DNA of 64,000 nucleotides from Promethearchaeota archaeon (GTDB taxonomy: Archaea; Asgardarchaeota; Lokiarchaeia; Sigyniarchaeales; SOKP01): NCBI GenBank assembly GCA_048940445.1, contig JBHLON010000013.1, positions 1-64,000 of the forward strand, given 5' to 3'. The position numbers and the translations under genes were made by a program. Within the stretch, counting starts at the first letter, position 1. Each line of letters opens with the position of its first letter. The notes under the pieces are model-generated. The model was given only the letters and a program-made list of their open reading frames with translations. It ran no database searches and had not been told where the DNA came from. Shown piece by piece: positions 18,241-28,884 of the stretch.

Positions 18241-19197
18241 TCAAACTATAGCAAGTATTACTCCAATAATTGTCAGTAATACTCCTAAAAACCCAATTTT
18301 AGTGATTTTTTCTTTATTCACCCAATAAGTTAAGGGTAGTGAAAATAGTGGGCTTGCACTAGCGATTAGTGACATTACTGCTGCTCCCGCGGTTCTAGCA
18401 GCTTCGGTATATAAATAAGCTCCCAAGGAGGTGCCAATTATGGATGCTATAATCAAAAATGCCCATATTTTTGGAGTCTTTTTTTGTAGAGGTATAATTT
18501 TTCCTTTGATGTAATATACTCTTTCTGTAAGAACCATTGAGAACAAAATTAGTAAAGCAAACGGAAATCTGATTACATTTCCTATTATAGAACTTAAACC
18601 CCCTATATTTAGGCTTTTATCAATTTCATTTGTAGCAAAATCTATCATTACTAATCCAATTGCCCATGTTACGGCAGCAATCAACGCAAACATAATAGCT
18701 CTAAATGAAGTTGTTGATAATAAATTTTTAATCTCTTTTCGTGAATTGTATGATTCACTCCTTTCTGAAGAAATTTTAGTCTTACTGATAATAATTATTC
18801 CAACACTGATGAATATCAATGATAAAACTAAATTAACTTTAAGTGGATGATTTAAGAAGATTAGCGAGAAAATAAGAGTGAAAAAAGGAAATGTCATCGA
18901 GATTGCTAAAGTTAGAGTGGTCCCTAACCTTTTTTGAGCTTGGAAATAAGACGTATCTCCAATTACTTGTCCAAATAGAAAACTTAAGCATAAAATAATC
19001 CATAATTCAATAGGTAATAAAAAAATAGCAAAAAGACTTTGATAGATAAGTGATAAAATAAGAAATGTAATTGTTCCAATAGCTGTTCGAATAAAATTAA
19101 TAAATATAGGACTAGCTTCTTTCTCTGTTCTTCGAAATATTACATTTGATATTACGAAAGAAAATACTGCTAAAATAGCAATCCATTCACCAGCCAT
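18241..19197 (-). CDS. DMT/EamA family transporter
   Basis: Ten TM segments in two repeats; ASPLFSLPL..NKEKIT motif. Confidence 0.88.
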   Translation of the reverse strand: MAGEWIAILAVFSFVISNVIFRRTEKEASPIFINFIRTAIGTITFLILSLIYQSLFAIFLLPIELWIILCLSFLFGQVIGDTSYFQAQKRLGTTLTLAISMTFPFFTLIFSLIFLNHPLKVNLVLSLIFISVGIIIISKTKISSERSESYNSRKEIKNLLSTTSFRAIMFALIAAVTWAIGLVMIDFATNEIDKSLNIGGLSSIIGNVIRFPFALLILFSMVLTERVYYIKGKIIPLQKKTPKIWAFLIIASIIGTSLGAYLYTEAARTAGAAVMSLIASASPLFSLPLTYWVNKEKITKIGFLGVLLTIIGVILAIV

Positions 19198-19208
19198 CTA
19201 GTTTTTAA

Positions 19209-19799
19209 TCACTCGCTGTTGTCTATATCTAATTTTGTATTGCATTTATAACAATATTTAGGAACTGATTTGAAATGGGTTCCACAATTAGGACAGGTTA
19301 TAGTCGTCTCTTTTTGAATAATTTCAAAGTCTTCCTCAGTTATGTTTGAATCTTTCTTAAATAATTTTGCAACTATTAGAGCAAGTCCGATTGAAAATAA
19401 CTCTATTACAATGCATAAAATAATCGTTTTTGTTATAAGATTGGGAAACTCTAAATTGAAATATTCACGGGAATATCTGAATAAAAATACATAAAAGAAA
19501 AAGTTTGGTAGAAAGAAAGTTAATAGATTCAATGAATAAACTTTTCTGAAATTTCTATAAATAAAAATTGGGATTAAAGATACTAAAAGCCATATAGAAT
19601 AAATTAGCAGTAAACCTGACCACCCATTATACAAAACATAATTTGCTAAAAATTGAATAATTTGGCGCTGTTCATTAGAAATAGTACTATCAAACCTTAT
19701 ATTAAATTGATATTGAAAAAGAAATAACAACAAGCTTAAAATTGAGAATTGAATACAAAAAATCACGAATTTATTCTCAAGTATTCTGATTAATTTCAT
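19209..19799 (-). CDS. Membrane protein with C-terminal zinc ribbon
   Basis: About 4 TM segments, then CPNC-x10-CYKC. Confidence 0.75.
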   Translation of the reverse strand: MKLIRILENKFVIFCIQFSILSLLLFLFQYQFNIRFDSTISNEQRQIIQFLANYVLYNGWSGLLLIYSIWLLVSLIPIFIYRNFRKVYSLNLLTFFLPNFFFYVFLFRYSREYFNLEFPNLITKTIILCIVIELFSIGLALIVAKLFKKDSNITEEDFEIIQKETTITCPNCGTHFKSVPKYCYKCNTKLDIDNSE

Positions 19800-19936
19800 A
19801 ATTACTAAATTTAATGTAGCAAAAAATTAAATCCTTTTAAAAAAGTAAATTAAATCTTAACTTACTAATAATCCTTAAAAATTTTCTTTAAAATATAAAA
19901 CATATTATAAAAAGCCAAAATGTAAATAATAATAGA

Positions 19937-20920
19937 ATGAATGAAGCCGATTTTCAAGAATATTTGAAAAAAAAAGAAGTTGATGAAACCACAATTAATA
20001 ATTATCTATTGAGATTAAGAGACTATGAAAAATATCTTAATAATTTAAATCTAACACTAGAGAAAGTAGAACCAAATAATCTTGCTGAATATACAGAACA
20101 TTTAGTTTCTATTGATCAAGATTCTGTTATAGAGTTTCTTAGAGCAATTATTAATTATGCAAATTATATTAAAAAGTATGACTTTATTACAGAAGTTATA
20201 GATATTTCTGAATCCTACAACGCAATGGATACTCTTTATTCAAGAATAGCTGAAGTTTATGGTGAGAAGACGAGAGATGATGTTTTTAAAGATTTGGTAA
20301 TTCCTTCATTAGGAGTTCATCCCGAAAAAAAGCCTAGTTTCACTAAAGAAATTTTGAATAGAGTAGAAGCTAAACTTGGACATGAAAATACAATCAAACT
20401 TCTTTCACCTTGCCTTCATGGCCGCCCTCCCGATGATATTGAAGGAGATAAAAAAGCCCTAAAAGAGTTAGGAATTGATGGTTTTTTATTAAAAAAACAT
20501 AGGGATTTAATTCAGAGACTAGAGAAACATAGAGATGAAGGTACATTAGAATTTGCTCAATATATCGATGAGAATGTCATAGAATATGTAAGAAACAATC
20601 AAATATTTGCTGGAGGTATAAGAGATGGAAATTATATTTACGTATCTAAACTTCCTTATCAAACAAGTAAATATTTAAATGCTAAAAATGAACAAATGAA
20701 AAAATTCTTTCTTTGTTACTGTCCTTGGATTCGGGGGGCATTCAAGGATGGAACTGAAACTGAAATCTTAAAAAATTTCTGCCATTGTAGCGCTGGCTGG
20801 TATAAACTCTACTGGGATCAAATTTTTGAACAGCCAATAAAAGTTGAACCTATTGAAACTGCTTTAAATGGGGCCTTGGAATGCACTTTCTCTATAGAGA
20901 TACCTAAAAGCTTCTTATAA
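19937..20920 (+). CDS. Cys-rich V4R-like (DUF6144-like) protein with helical N-terminal domain
   Basis: CYCPW, FCHCSAGW and ECTF motifs. The N-terminus (FQEYLKKK..TINNY..L..YEKYL) resembles an integrase N-terminal SAM-like bundle. Confidence 0.6.
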   Translation: MNEADFQEYLKKKEVDETTINNYLLRLRDYEKYLNNLNLTLEKVEPNNLAEYTEHLVSIDQDSVIEFLRAIINYANYIKKYDFITEVIDISESYNAMDTLYSRIAEVYGEKTRDDVFKDLVIPSLGVHPEKKPSFTKEILNRVEAKLGHENTIKLLSPCLHGRPPDDIEGDKKALKELGIDGFLLKKHRDLIQRLEKHRDEGTLEFAQYIDENVIEYVRNNQIFAGGIRDGNYIYVSKLPYQTSKYLNAKNEQMKKFFLCYCPWIRGAFKDGTETEILKNFCHCSAGWYKLYWDQIFEQPIKVEPIETALNGALECTFSIEIPKSFL

Positions 20921-20939
20921 GCACATAAGTAATAGAATA

Positions 20940-20986
20940 ATTCAAAATTTAAGCTTACACTTTTAGATTAACTTATTATAATATAA
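20940..20986 (+). repeat. 47-bp direct repeat, copy 1
   Basis: attcaaaatttaagcttacacttttagattaacttattataatataa; 42 of 47 identical to 23632-23678. Confidence 0.85.
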
Positions 20987-21200
20987 GATAAGAGAGACTC
21001 TTCACTTTTATAACTAAGCTTCCAATTTTCATACGGAAGCTTCAATAAATTGTGAATAAAGATGCTGGGATTGATGGTTAAATTCTTAAAAGAAATATGA
21101 ATTTGACAAAAATATCAAAAAAGGTTACATTTATAAGTTCAAATTACTTAAAATTTTTGGATTAAATTTCCTAAAAAATTTAATCGGGGCGTTAAATAAA

Positions 21201-23579
21201 ATGTGTTATAAAAAGAGAACTCAAATTCTATTGGCTTTTATGATCATTTTTATGATCATGGGATCTGCCTTGAATTATTCAATGATTAGCAATTTAAATT
21301 CTACAGAAGGAAATACAACGCTTAATAAAAGTAGAATCGATCAAAATGTCAGTAATGAAAATGGTTTTATTGAAGCTCTCGGAGATAAAAATACCGATGA
21401 TGCTTCAAAAATTGCAGAGACTTATGAATTTTTAAGATCAAAGCTTTATTCTTTTATGCAAAAGGGGCAAGATATAACTGTAAGTAACTCACAATTCGAG
21501 ACGGATGATAGCATAATCAATACAGTAATAATTCAAACTGAAAATGAGACACATATAGAAACAATGACGTTTACCGCAACATTTGATAAAGACCAATATT
21601 CTGGGCCTTTATATGATGATCTTGACTTCCTATTAACTCCTGATGATGTTGAACATCATTCAGCAATAACTTTCCCTCCAATACTATTGGGGTGGGAGTG
21701 GGGATGGTTGTATCATTATGAGTGGAAATATGAAATTAAGATAAAAGTTTTGTGGTGGTGGGTCTCAATTTTTCGTGCCTACTTCGAAATTAAATTTGGT
21801 GCAAAGTTTCGATTTCAAATGCCAGTATCACTCACAGCAGACGTTCCCGAAACCATAATACCTGGTGAGACAGAAGAAATTGATTTGACTTTAACTGCTC
21901 TTGATATAGCAAATTATAATGAATTAGACATATTTGCTGGACTTGTTCTTAAAGCAGGAGCGTTTGTACTAGGGGTAATAGGATTCGGCTATAATCTTGA
22001 TTTTAGTTGGGAACATGTTCAAAGTTTCCAAACTCCATTAAATCCACACATATGGTATCCTACGGACCCTATACGAATTGGTCTTATATCACTTGCCGCA
22101 AATTTTGCACCTATTTGGTTAAAGCCCATATTGAACTTTATCGCAGATAATCTTTTGGATGCTTCAATTTTTGTTTACCCAGGAATCGCTTCAAATTTGG
22201 TAACAGCGCAGGCTACTGTTTATGGAACAGGAGTTACAATTAATGGTCAGAGGTCGCTACAAATCCAATGGACTCATAGTCCTTCCACATATATAATTCA
22301 TCTAGCAACTACAGGATATACAACAGATATAGTTTTAGCTTTATCAAGATTTACTATTCATCTTAATGAATTCTGGCTTAAATTTAAATTTGCTCTTGAT
22401 TACAAATGGATATTTGAATGGATCCCTGGTTGGCCAGACTACTCCGAGATATATATAGGAGAATGGAAGTTTTCACTTCCAAATAATTTCTTTACCATGC
22501 AATCACCTCAGGCTGTTTATATTTCATTCGGCGTAACTCCACTAGAATACGGTGTCGAGTTAAGAGATATCAGTCCAAGCCCACAAGACGTAGAGGCTGG
22601 AGATATTGCAAATTATACGGTAGAAATTCAAAATACAGGAAATACTATCGATACATATGAGCTTTCAGTTGTAAGTGGAATAGATCCTGACTGGGTCATA
22701 TTTTACCCTAAATATATAACTCTTGGTCCTGATGAAATTAAAACCGTTGAAATGCTAGTTTACACTCCACGACATTATACTACACCAGCTGGCGAATATA
22801 CATTTATAATCAATGCTACAAGTCTAGGAAGTCTAGAAGCCGATGATCCGAAATTCGATGATATTTCAGGAGTTGTCAATATTTTACCTTTCTATGATGT
22901 GGCTGTTAGAAGAACTTCTCAGTTTGAAACTGGATTAATCACGATTACAACCCAAGAGACTGATACTGTGGAATTTCAATTGCAGAACTTAGGTAACGTG
23001 GAAGATACTTTTTGGTTAAATATATCTTCTGACTTTGGTGAAGAATGCTTTAATTTTCCTGAAAGAGTAATACTCACACCTGGTGAAACAGAAACAGTAC
23101 AAGTTGAAATTACTCCTCCGTTTGCTTATTCAACCTATTATGAAGCAATTTTAATAGCCACCAGCGAAAATGATGAGTCGATTCAAGATGATGGGAGTAT
23201 AATCATACGAGTATTACCTACATGCGATAGTATAATATACTTCTTAAACAATCTGCGAGATGAACTCGATAATATTTCTGACGCTGATTGGAGGCATCCT
23301 TCATCCCCTCTTAAAAAGGCTATGGATAATAAGATTAATGCACTAATTAATATTATGTCAGGATATAGTCCAGTTTATTACGAAGAAGCGTATGATAAGT
23401 TATTGTATGATATTAAACCTAAATTGACAGGGTTGAAAACCAATGAGGAAGAAATTCCATGGGATGGCGGAATATTCAAAAATCCTTGGATAATTGATGA
23501 TGTATATCAAGAGATCCTTAAGAACACATGTAACCTCTTACTAAACGATATCAAAATCTTAATTGAATTATCAACATAA
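21201..23579 (+). CDS. Secreted/cell-surface protein with two CARDB/NEW3-like Ig domains
   Basis: N-terminal signal/TM segment; IQNTGNTIDTY and LQNLGNVEDTF repeats; helical C-terminal domain; no C-terminal TM anchor. Confidence 0.8.
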   Translation: MCYKKRTQILLAFMIIFMIMGSALNYSMISNLNSTEGNTTLNKSRIDQNVSNENGFIEALGDKNTDDASKIAETYEFLRSKLYSFMQKGQDITVSNSQFETDDSIINTVIIQTENETHIETMTFTATFDKDQYSGPLYDDLDFLLTPDDVEHHSAITFPPILLGWEWGWLYHYEWKYEIKIKVLWWWVSIFRAYFEIKFGAKFRFQMPVSLTADVPETIIPGETEEIDLTLTALDIANYNELDIFAGLVLKAGAFVLGVIGFGYNLDFSWEHVQSFQTPLNPHIWYPTDPIRIGLISLAANFAPIWLKPILNFIADNLLDASIFVYPGIASNLVTAQATVYGTGVTINGQRSLQIQWTHSPSTYIIHLATTGYTTDIVLALSRFTIHLNEFWLKFKFALDYKWIFEWIPGWPDYSEIYIGEWKFSLPNNFFTMQSPQAVYISFGVTPLEYGVELRDISPSPQDVEAGDIANYTVEIQNTGNTIDTYELSVVSGIDPDWVIFYPKYITLGPDEIKTVEMLVYTPRHYTTPAGEYTFIINATSLGSLEADDPKFDDISGVVNILPFYDVAVRRTSQFETGLITITTQETDTVEFQLQNLGNVEDTFWLNISSDFGEECFNFPERVILTPGETETVQVEITPPFAYSTYYEAILIATSENDESIQDDGSIIIRVLPTCDSIIYFLNNLRDELDNISDADWRHPSSPLKKAMDNKINALINIMSGYSPVYYEEAYDKLLYDIKPKLTGLKTNEEEIPWDGGIFKNPWIIDDVYQEILKNTCNLLLNDIKILIELST

Positions 23580-23591
23580 TTTTTTTTTTTT
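23580..23591 (+). terminator. Oligo-T archaeal terminator
   Basis: Twelve consecutive T immediately after the stop codon. Confidence 0.55.
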
Positions 23592-23631
23592 AATTTTACT
23601 TCCTAAGAAGTAATATATCAGTTATAGGGTT

Positions 23632-23678
23632 ATTCAAAACTTAAGCTTACACTATTAGATTAATACATTATAATATAA
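23632..23678 (+). repeat. 47-bp direct repeat, copy 2
   Basis: attcaaaacttaagcttacactattagattaatacattataatataa. Confidence 0.85.
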
Positions 23679-23802
23679 AATGATTTTTTAATTTGTTATC
23701 TCAATCTATCACAAGAAATATTTAATATTTTAGAAGGAATTGATTAAAATATTCGAATAGATATTTTTAGTGATTATAAAAGTTAGTGAGGTAAAAGATA
23801 AC

Positions 23803-24285
23803 ATGTCAAAATTTGTTAATGTCGAAATCCACGAGAAAATAGCAAAAGGTGCATTCAATAAGACATGGGATTATCTAGATAAAAAAGATAGAACAGATGA
23901 AGATAATCTAAATATGATTCATACGGCTCACACTTCAAGGTATCATTGGGGTGTTTTAGTCTCTAACGGAAACGGTGGGCCAATTAATCTTCAGAGAGGA
24001 GAGTGGATCATCTCTCGTGTCTATTCAGTTTTAGGAAGAGGCGAACCGGCCTTATATCATGCAAAAAAATGTTTAAAACTGACAGAAGAAAATAACATCA
24101 ATGATTTTGATCTCGCTTTTGCGTATGAGGCTATGGCTAGAGCTTCAGCGTTAATGCAAAACAAAAAAGAATTCGAAAAATTTAATAAACTCGCACTGAA
24201 GGCGGGAGAAGAAATCAAGAAAAAAGAAGATAAGAAATATTTCTTCGAGGATTTCAACGGAGGTTCATGGTTTGGTATGAAATAA
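23803..24285 (+). CDS. Conserved hypothetical helical-repeat protein
   Basis: HTSRYHW..RGEW.ISRVYS..AL..A..CL..FDLAFAYEAMARA. ATG 23803 follows SD GAGGT. Confidence 0.75.
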   Translation: MSKFVNVEIHEKIAKGAFNKTWDYLDKKDRTDEDNLNMIHTAHTSRYHWGVLVSNGNGGPINLQRGEWIISRVYSVLGRGEPALYHAKKCLKLTEENNINDFDLAFAYEAMARASALMQNKKEFEKFNKLALKAGEEIKKKEDKKYFFEDFNGGSWFGMK

Positions 24286-24517
24286 ATTATCTTTTTTCTT
24301 TTTTTTTAAAAAATGCATTAAAATTGTGCCTAAAACGTAAAATTTTTAATATTTGCTTGCTTTTTATTCTTACAGTGCTGGGTTCATTAAACTATTTCTT
24401 TAGAACCAAATTTATTACCACTTTAAGAGGATGTTATCTTCTATATTATTTTCTTGTTTTTCACAAAGAATGATTCAACTTGATAGTTATAATTAAATTT
24501 TAAGAGGATTAAATGAA

Positions 24518-27451
24518 ATGAGCTATAGTTTTTCAAGAACAAAAATGATTGAAAAAATAAAGTTTGGTCTCCTTTCTCCAGACGAAATCCGTAAAATGTC
24601 TGCAGCGAGAATAATTACAGCAGATACTTATGATGAGGATGGTCTCCCGATTCCGAGCGGATTAATGGATCAGAGACTGGGAACAATAGAGCCGGGACAG
24701 AGATGTCAAACATGCGGAAATCTGGTTAGTAACTGTATGGGACATTTTGGTCATATTGAACTTGCTAGACCTGTCATTCATGTAGGTTATTCAAAGAAAG
24801 TTTTAAAAGTATTGAGATCCATCTGTCCTGAATGTTCTAGGTTGATGTTAACTGAAGAAGAAAAAGAAAGGTTTAGAAAAGATCAGGTTAAACATCGTAA
24901 AATGTTTTTTGAAGGAGACGAGGAAGTATCAAGGTTAGTTTTCAAACGAGCAAGGAAATCTAAAGTTTGTCCTTATTGTGGAGCAAAGAAAAAGAAAATA
25001 ATTATTGAAAAACCTACTACTTTTTATGAAGAAGAAGAGGCAAAAGGATCTCGGAGATTGACTCCAATTGAAATATTAGAGCGTCTTAAAAAGATGAATG
25101 ACAACGATCTCCGAATTTTGGGTATTTCTCCTGAAAATGCTCGTCTTGAATGGGTAATTTTTACAGTTTTACCTATACCTCCTGTATGTGCAAGACCTTC
25201 AATTACTTTAGATAGTGGTATCCGTTCTGAAGATGATCTAACTCACAAATTAGTTGATGTCATCAGAATTAACCAGAGATTAAGAGAAAATATCGATGCT
25301 GGTGCACCACACCTAATTGTTGAAGATTTATGGGAACTACTGCAATATCATATAACTACTTATTTTGATAATCAAGTTTCAGGTATTCCTCCTGCAAGAC
25401 ATCGATCTGGAAGAGCCTTAAGAACTCTAACGCAAAGACTTAAAGGAAAAGAAGGGCGATTTAGAAGTAATTTAAGCGGAAAAAGGGTAGACTTTTCTGC
25501 TCGAAGTGTTATTTCCCCAAATCCTTATATTAGTATAAATGATGTAGGAGTTCCTAAGGATGTGGCGAAGATTCTAACAATTCCTACAAATGTAAATGAC
25601 TGGAATATCGAACATATGAAACAATTGGTTTTAAATGGACCACATATACATCCTGGAGCAAATTACATTATTAGAAACGATCGAAGGAGAATTGATTTAC
25701 GCTATGTTAAAAATAGGCAGCTGATTGCAGATATGTTAGCCCCTGGTTATACTGTGGAGCGCCATTTAAATAAAGGTGACTTAGTATTATTTAATCGACA
25801 ACCATCTCTTCATAGAATGTCAATTATGGCACATGAAGTTAAAATAATGGATGGTAAGACCTTTAGACTTAACTTAACTGTTTGTCCTCCTTATAATGCT
25901 GATTTTGATGGGGATGAGATGAATTTGCATGTTCCTCAGAGTGAGGAAGCTCGTACTGAAGCTGAATTATTATTAAAAGTGCAGGAACATATTCTTTCTC
26001 CTCGATTTGGAGGTCCCATATTAGGGGGGATTCAAGATTTTATATCTTCAGTGTTCCAATTCACAAGCAAAGATTCTCTTTATACTAAAAAAGAAACCTT
26101 AAAATTACTATTTTTAGGAGGAGTTTTTGATTTTAATCCTGAATTTTCATTAGATCATCTCAAACCTATTAAAACAGATCCCGAACCAATGTATTCTGGT
26201 AAACAAATATTTAGTACATTACTTCCTGATGATTTAAATATTAGAATAAAATCTAAGTTTTGCAAAAAGTGTGATGTATGTGAGGAGGAAAATTGTTCAT
26301 ACGATGCCTATGTGGTTATTAGGAATGGCGAATTAGTAACCGGTACAATCGATGAAAATTCATTTGGAGCAATGCAATCAAATAGTATTTTACAAAGAAT
26401 AATTAAGGATCATGGTAATGCTAGAGGGCGTATATTTTTAGATAATGCTACAAAAATGCTTCTGTATGTGATACGGAAGAATGGAATGACAATGGGTTTA
26501 GACGAAGTCTATGTAAAAGGAAGTGATTACAAATCAATCCAGAAAATTTTAGAAGATGCTGATAAAGAAGCTGATAAATTAATTAAAGCTTTTTATGAAA
26601 ACGATACTAAAATTCTAAAGAGAGCTCCAGGGAGATCTATGAGAGAAACATTGGAGTTAAGAATTCGGCAAGTATTAGCAGAAGCTCGTAAAAAGGCAGA
26701 AGAAACAGCAGCTCATTATATCGGAGATGAGGCTCATTCTGTTATCATGACGAAATCTGGAGCAAGAGGAAATATCCTAAATCTAGGGCAAATGTCTGCT
26801 GTGGTAGGACAGCAAGCAATTAGAGGTGAAAGAATAAATCGAGGATATAGTAGTAGAACTCTCCCTCATTTTAAAATAAATGATTTAAGCCCAAGATCTC
26901 GTGGTTTTGTTGAGTCTTCATATCGAAATGGATTAAATCCTGAAGAATTTTTCTTTCATGCAATGGGTGGAAGAGAAGGATTGGTTGACACTGCCGTTCG
27001 GACAAGTACTTCAGGATATATGCAACGTAGATTAGTTAATGCTTTACAAGATATGATTATCGAAAATGATGGCACAGTTCGTAATTCAGATAAGAATATT
27101 ATACAATTTAGCTTTGGTGATGATTCTGTTAATCCCCAAATGACTGATCATGGGGCAGCAGTTAATCTTGATGTTCTTTTACTTAAAGCCAAATCGCTTG
27201 ATATGACTGAAATCCGAGAAGAATTGAATAAATTACCAAAAAAGCCGAAGAAAGAGACGAAGAAACCAAAAAGAGGAAAAATTACCCCTATTAAAAAAAA
27301 AGAAGAACCTGAAGTTAAAAAAGAAAAATTAGATGAGAATAAAAAAATGCAGTTATATGAGGAAGAAACTGGAAAAAATGCTATTTGGAGAGGAAAGATC
27401 ACCAAGGGATATCTTGAATGGAAGAAAGAAAAATTTGGAGAGAATAAATGA
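24518..27451 (+). CDS. rpo1N: RNA polymerase subunit Rpo1N (A')
   Basis: YNADFDGDEMN catalytic motif, zinc clamp Cys residues and HAMGGREG. Extra Lys-rich tail. Confidence 0.99.
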   Translation: MSYSFSRTKMIEKIKFGLLSPDEIRKMSAARIITADTYDEDGLPIPSGLMDQRLGTIEPGQRCQTCGNLVSNCMGHFGHIELARPVIHVGYSKKVLKVLRSICPECSRLMLTEEEKERFRKDQVKHRKMFFEGDEEVSRLVFKRARKSKVCPYCGAKKKKIIIEKPTTFYEEEEAKGSRRLTPIEILERLKKMNDNDLRILGISPENARLEWVIFTVLPIPPVCARPSITLDSGIRSEDDLTHKLVDVIRINQRLRENIDAGAPHLIVEDLWELLQYHITTYFDNQVSGIPPARHRSGRALRTLTQRLKGKEGRFRSNLSGKRVDFSARSVISPNPYISINDVGVPKDVAKILTIPTNVNDWNIEHMKQLVLNGPHIHPGANYIIRNDRRRIDLRYVKNRQLIADMLAPGYTVERHLNKGDLVLFNRQPSLHRMSIMAHEVKIMDGKTFRLNLTVCPPYNADFDGDEMNLHVPQSEEARTEAELLLKVQEHILSPRFGGPILGGIQDFISSVFQFTSKDSLYTKKETLKLLFLGGVFDFNPEFSLDHLKPIKTDPEPMYSGKQIFSTLLPDDLNIRIKSKFCKKCDVCEEENCSYDAYVVIRNGELVTGTIDENSFGAMQSNSILQRIIKDHGNARGRIFLDNATKMLLYVIRKNGMTMGLDEVYVKGSDYKSIQKILEDADKEADKLIKAFYENDTKILKRAPGRSMRETLELRIRQVLAEARKKAEETAAHYIGDEAHSVIMTKSGARGNILNLGQMSAVVGQQAIRGERINRGYSSRTLPHFKINDLSPRSRGFVESSYRNGLNPEEFFFHAMGGREGLVDTAVRTSTSGYMQRRLVNALQDMIIENDGTVRNSDKNIIQFSFGDDSVNPQMTDHGAAVNLDVLLLKAKSLDMTEIREELNKLPKKPKKETKKPKRGKITPIKKKEEPEVKKEKLDENKKMQLYEEETGKNAIWRGKITKGYLEWKKEKFGENK

Positions 27452-27462
27452 GGTTATAAAAA

Positions 27463-28668
27463 ATGCCTAAAGTCACTAAAGAATTTTTAGAGAAAAATTT
27501 AAATGAACTCCAAGAAGATGGAATTCCCCTAGATTTAATAGAAAAAATAAGAAACCGGATAAAAGATGAAGATTTAGAGGAAGTACAATTAGAATATTTA
27601 TTAAATAAAATATATATTAATTTTAATAACGCAATTGTGGAATCGAGCGAACCCGTTGGAACTGTTGCTGCTCAATCAATTGGAGAACCAGGGACTCAGA
27701 TGACTTTAAGGACTTTTCACTATGCGGGAGTAGAAGAATTCTCGGTAACCCAAGGACTTCCAAGATTAATTGAGATTGTAGATGCTAGAAGGTTTCCAGC
27801 AACTCCCGCTATGGATATTTATCTAGAAAAAGGATATCGTGAATCAGAAGAAAAAGCAATCCAAGTTCATAATCGTATTGAGCAAATTCGTATCGAGCAA
27901 ATTGCCTCAGATGTTGATCTTGATTTTATCGATTGGAAAATTATAATTCATCTTATTCCAGAACTCTGTGAAAGTAAAGGGATCGAAATTGACAAAATTC
28001 CAGAAGTGTTAAAGAGGTATAAGAAAAAGGGGACTATTAAACGAGAAGGAAATTCAATAATAATCGATCCCGGAATTGAAGATTTACAAAATCTTCAAAA
28101 ATTAAGAGAAAAAATCCTGAAGAAAGTCGTTAAAGGGATAAGAGGGATAAAAAGGGGCTTACTTACTCCAACAGATCAATCACATGAATGGGTTATAAAA
28201 ACCGAAGGTACTAATTTACAGAGTGTAGTTCAAATTGAAGGAGTAGATACAACTAGAACAGTATCAAATCATATTCATGAAATTGAAAAATTATATGGTA
28301 TAGAAGCTGCTCGAAACATGATTATAAAAGAGTCTCAGAAAGTCTTAGAACAACAGGGTCTGGATGTAGATTTGAGGCATTTATTGATTTTATCGGATTT
28401 AATGTGTGTGACTGGCTCAATTCAATCAATTGGTAGACATGGTATTTCTGGATCAAAATCGAGTGTATTTGCTCGAGCTGCTTTTGAAGTTACGGTTAAT
28501 CAATTATTAGACGCAGGTCTTTATGGAGAAGAAGAGCGTCTTCTTGGAATTCCTGAAAATGTAATAATTGGACAAGTTATACCTATGGGCAGTGGACGGG
28601 TCAATGTGCGGTTCGATCTTGATGAGAATTTAAAAATTTTGAAAGAGCTAAATCAATCACAAAAATAA
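27463..28668 (+). CDS. rpo1C: RNA polymerase subunit Rpo1C (A'')
   Basis: [21 protein letters not shown] and ARAAFE motifs. Confidence 0.99.
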   Translation: MPKVTKEFLEKNLNELQEDGIPLDLIEKIRNRIKDEDLEEVQLEYLLNKIYINFNNAIVESSEPVGTVAAQSIGEPGTQMTLRTFHYAGVEEFSVTQGLPRLIEIVDARRFPATPAMDIYLEKGYRESEEKAIQVHNRIEQIRIEQIASDVDLDFIDWKIIIHLIPELCESKGIEIDKIPEVLKRYKKKGTIKREGNSIIIDPGIEDLQNLQKLREKILKKVVKGIRGIKRGLLTPTDQSHEWVIKTEGTNLQSVVQIEGVDTTRTVSNHIHEIEKLYGIEAARNMIIKESQKVLEQQGLDVDLRHLLILSDLMCVTGSIQSIGRHGISGSKSSVFARAAFEVTVNQLLDAGLYGEEERLLGIPENVIIGQVIPMGSGRVNVRFDLDENLKILKELNQSQK

Positions 28669-28884
28669 ATAAAATTTCCAATAATTTAGTTATCTATTCT
28701 AATTAAATTAAAAATCAAACTGAAGAAAATATTTTAATGGTTATGATGTTTTTTTATCTAATAATACATTCTGATTTTAAAGAAGAAATAGATTCAAGAA
28801 AATAGCGTTAAAAATTTAAATTATAATGCATTTATTTTATTACTTTATTATTGATTTATTAAAAGGATAAGTTATTGTAAGATA

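Noticed and set aside
19937-20920. Tyrosine integrase
   Set aside because: Only the N-terminus is similar; no R-H-R-Y catalytic residues were seen.
20940-23678. CRISPR array or IS ends
   Set aside because: Only two direct copies 2.7 kb apart; no spacers, inverted termini or transposase.
24267-24473. 68-aa ORF upstream of rpo1N
   Set aside because: Spans a T-tract terminator and promoter region; low-complexity composition; not Rpo5.
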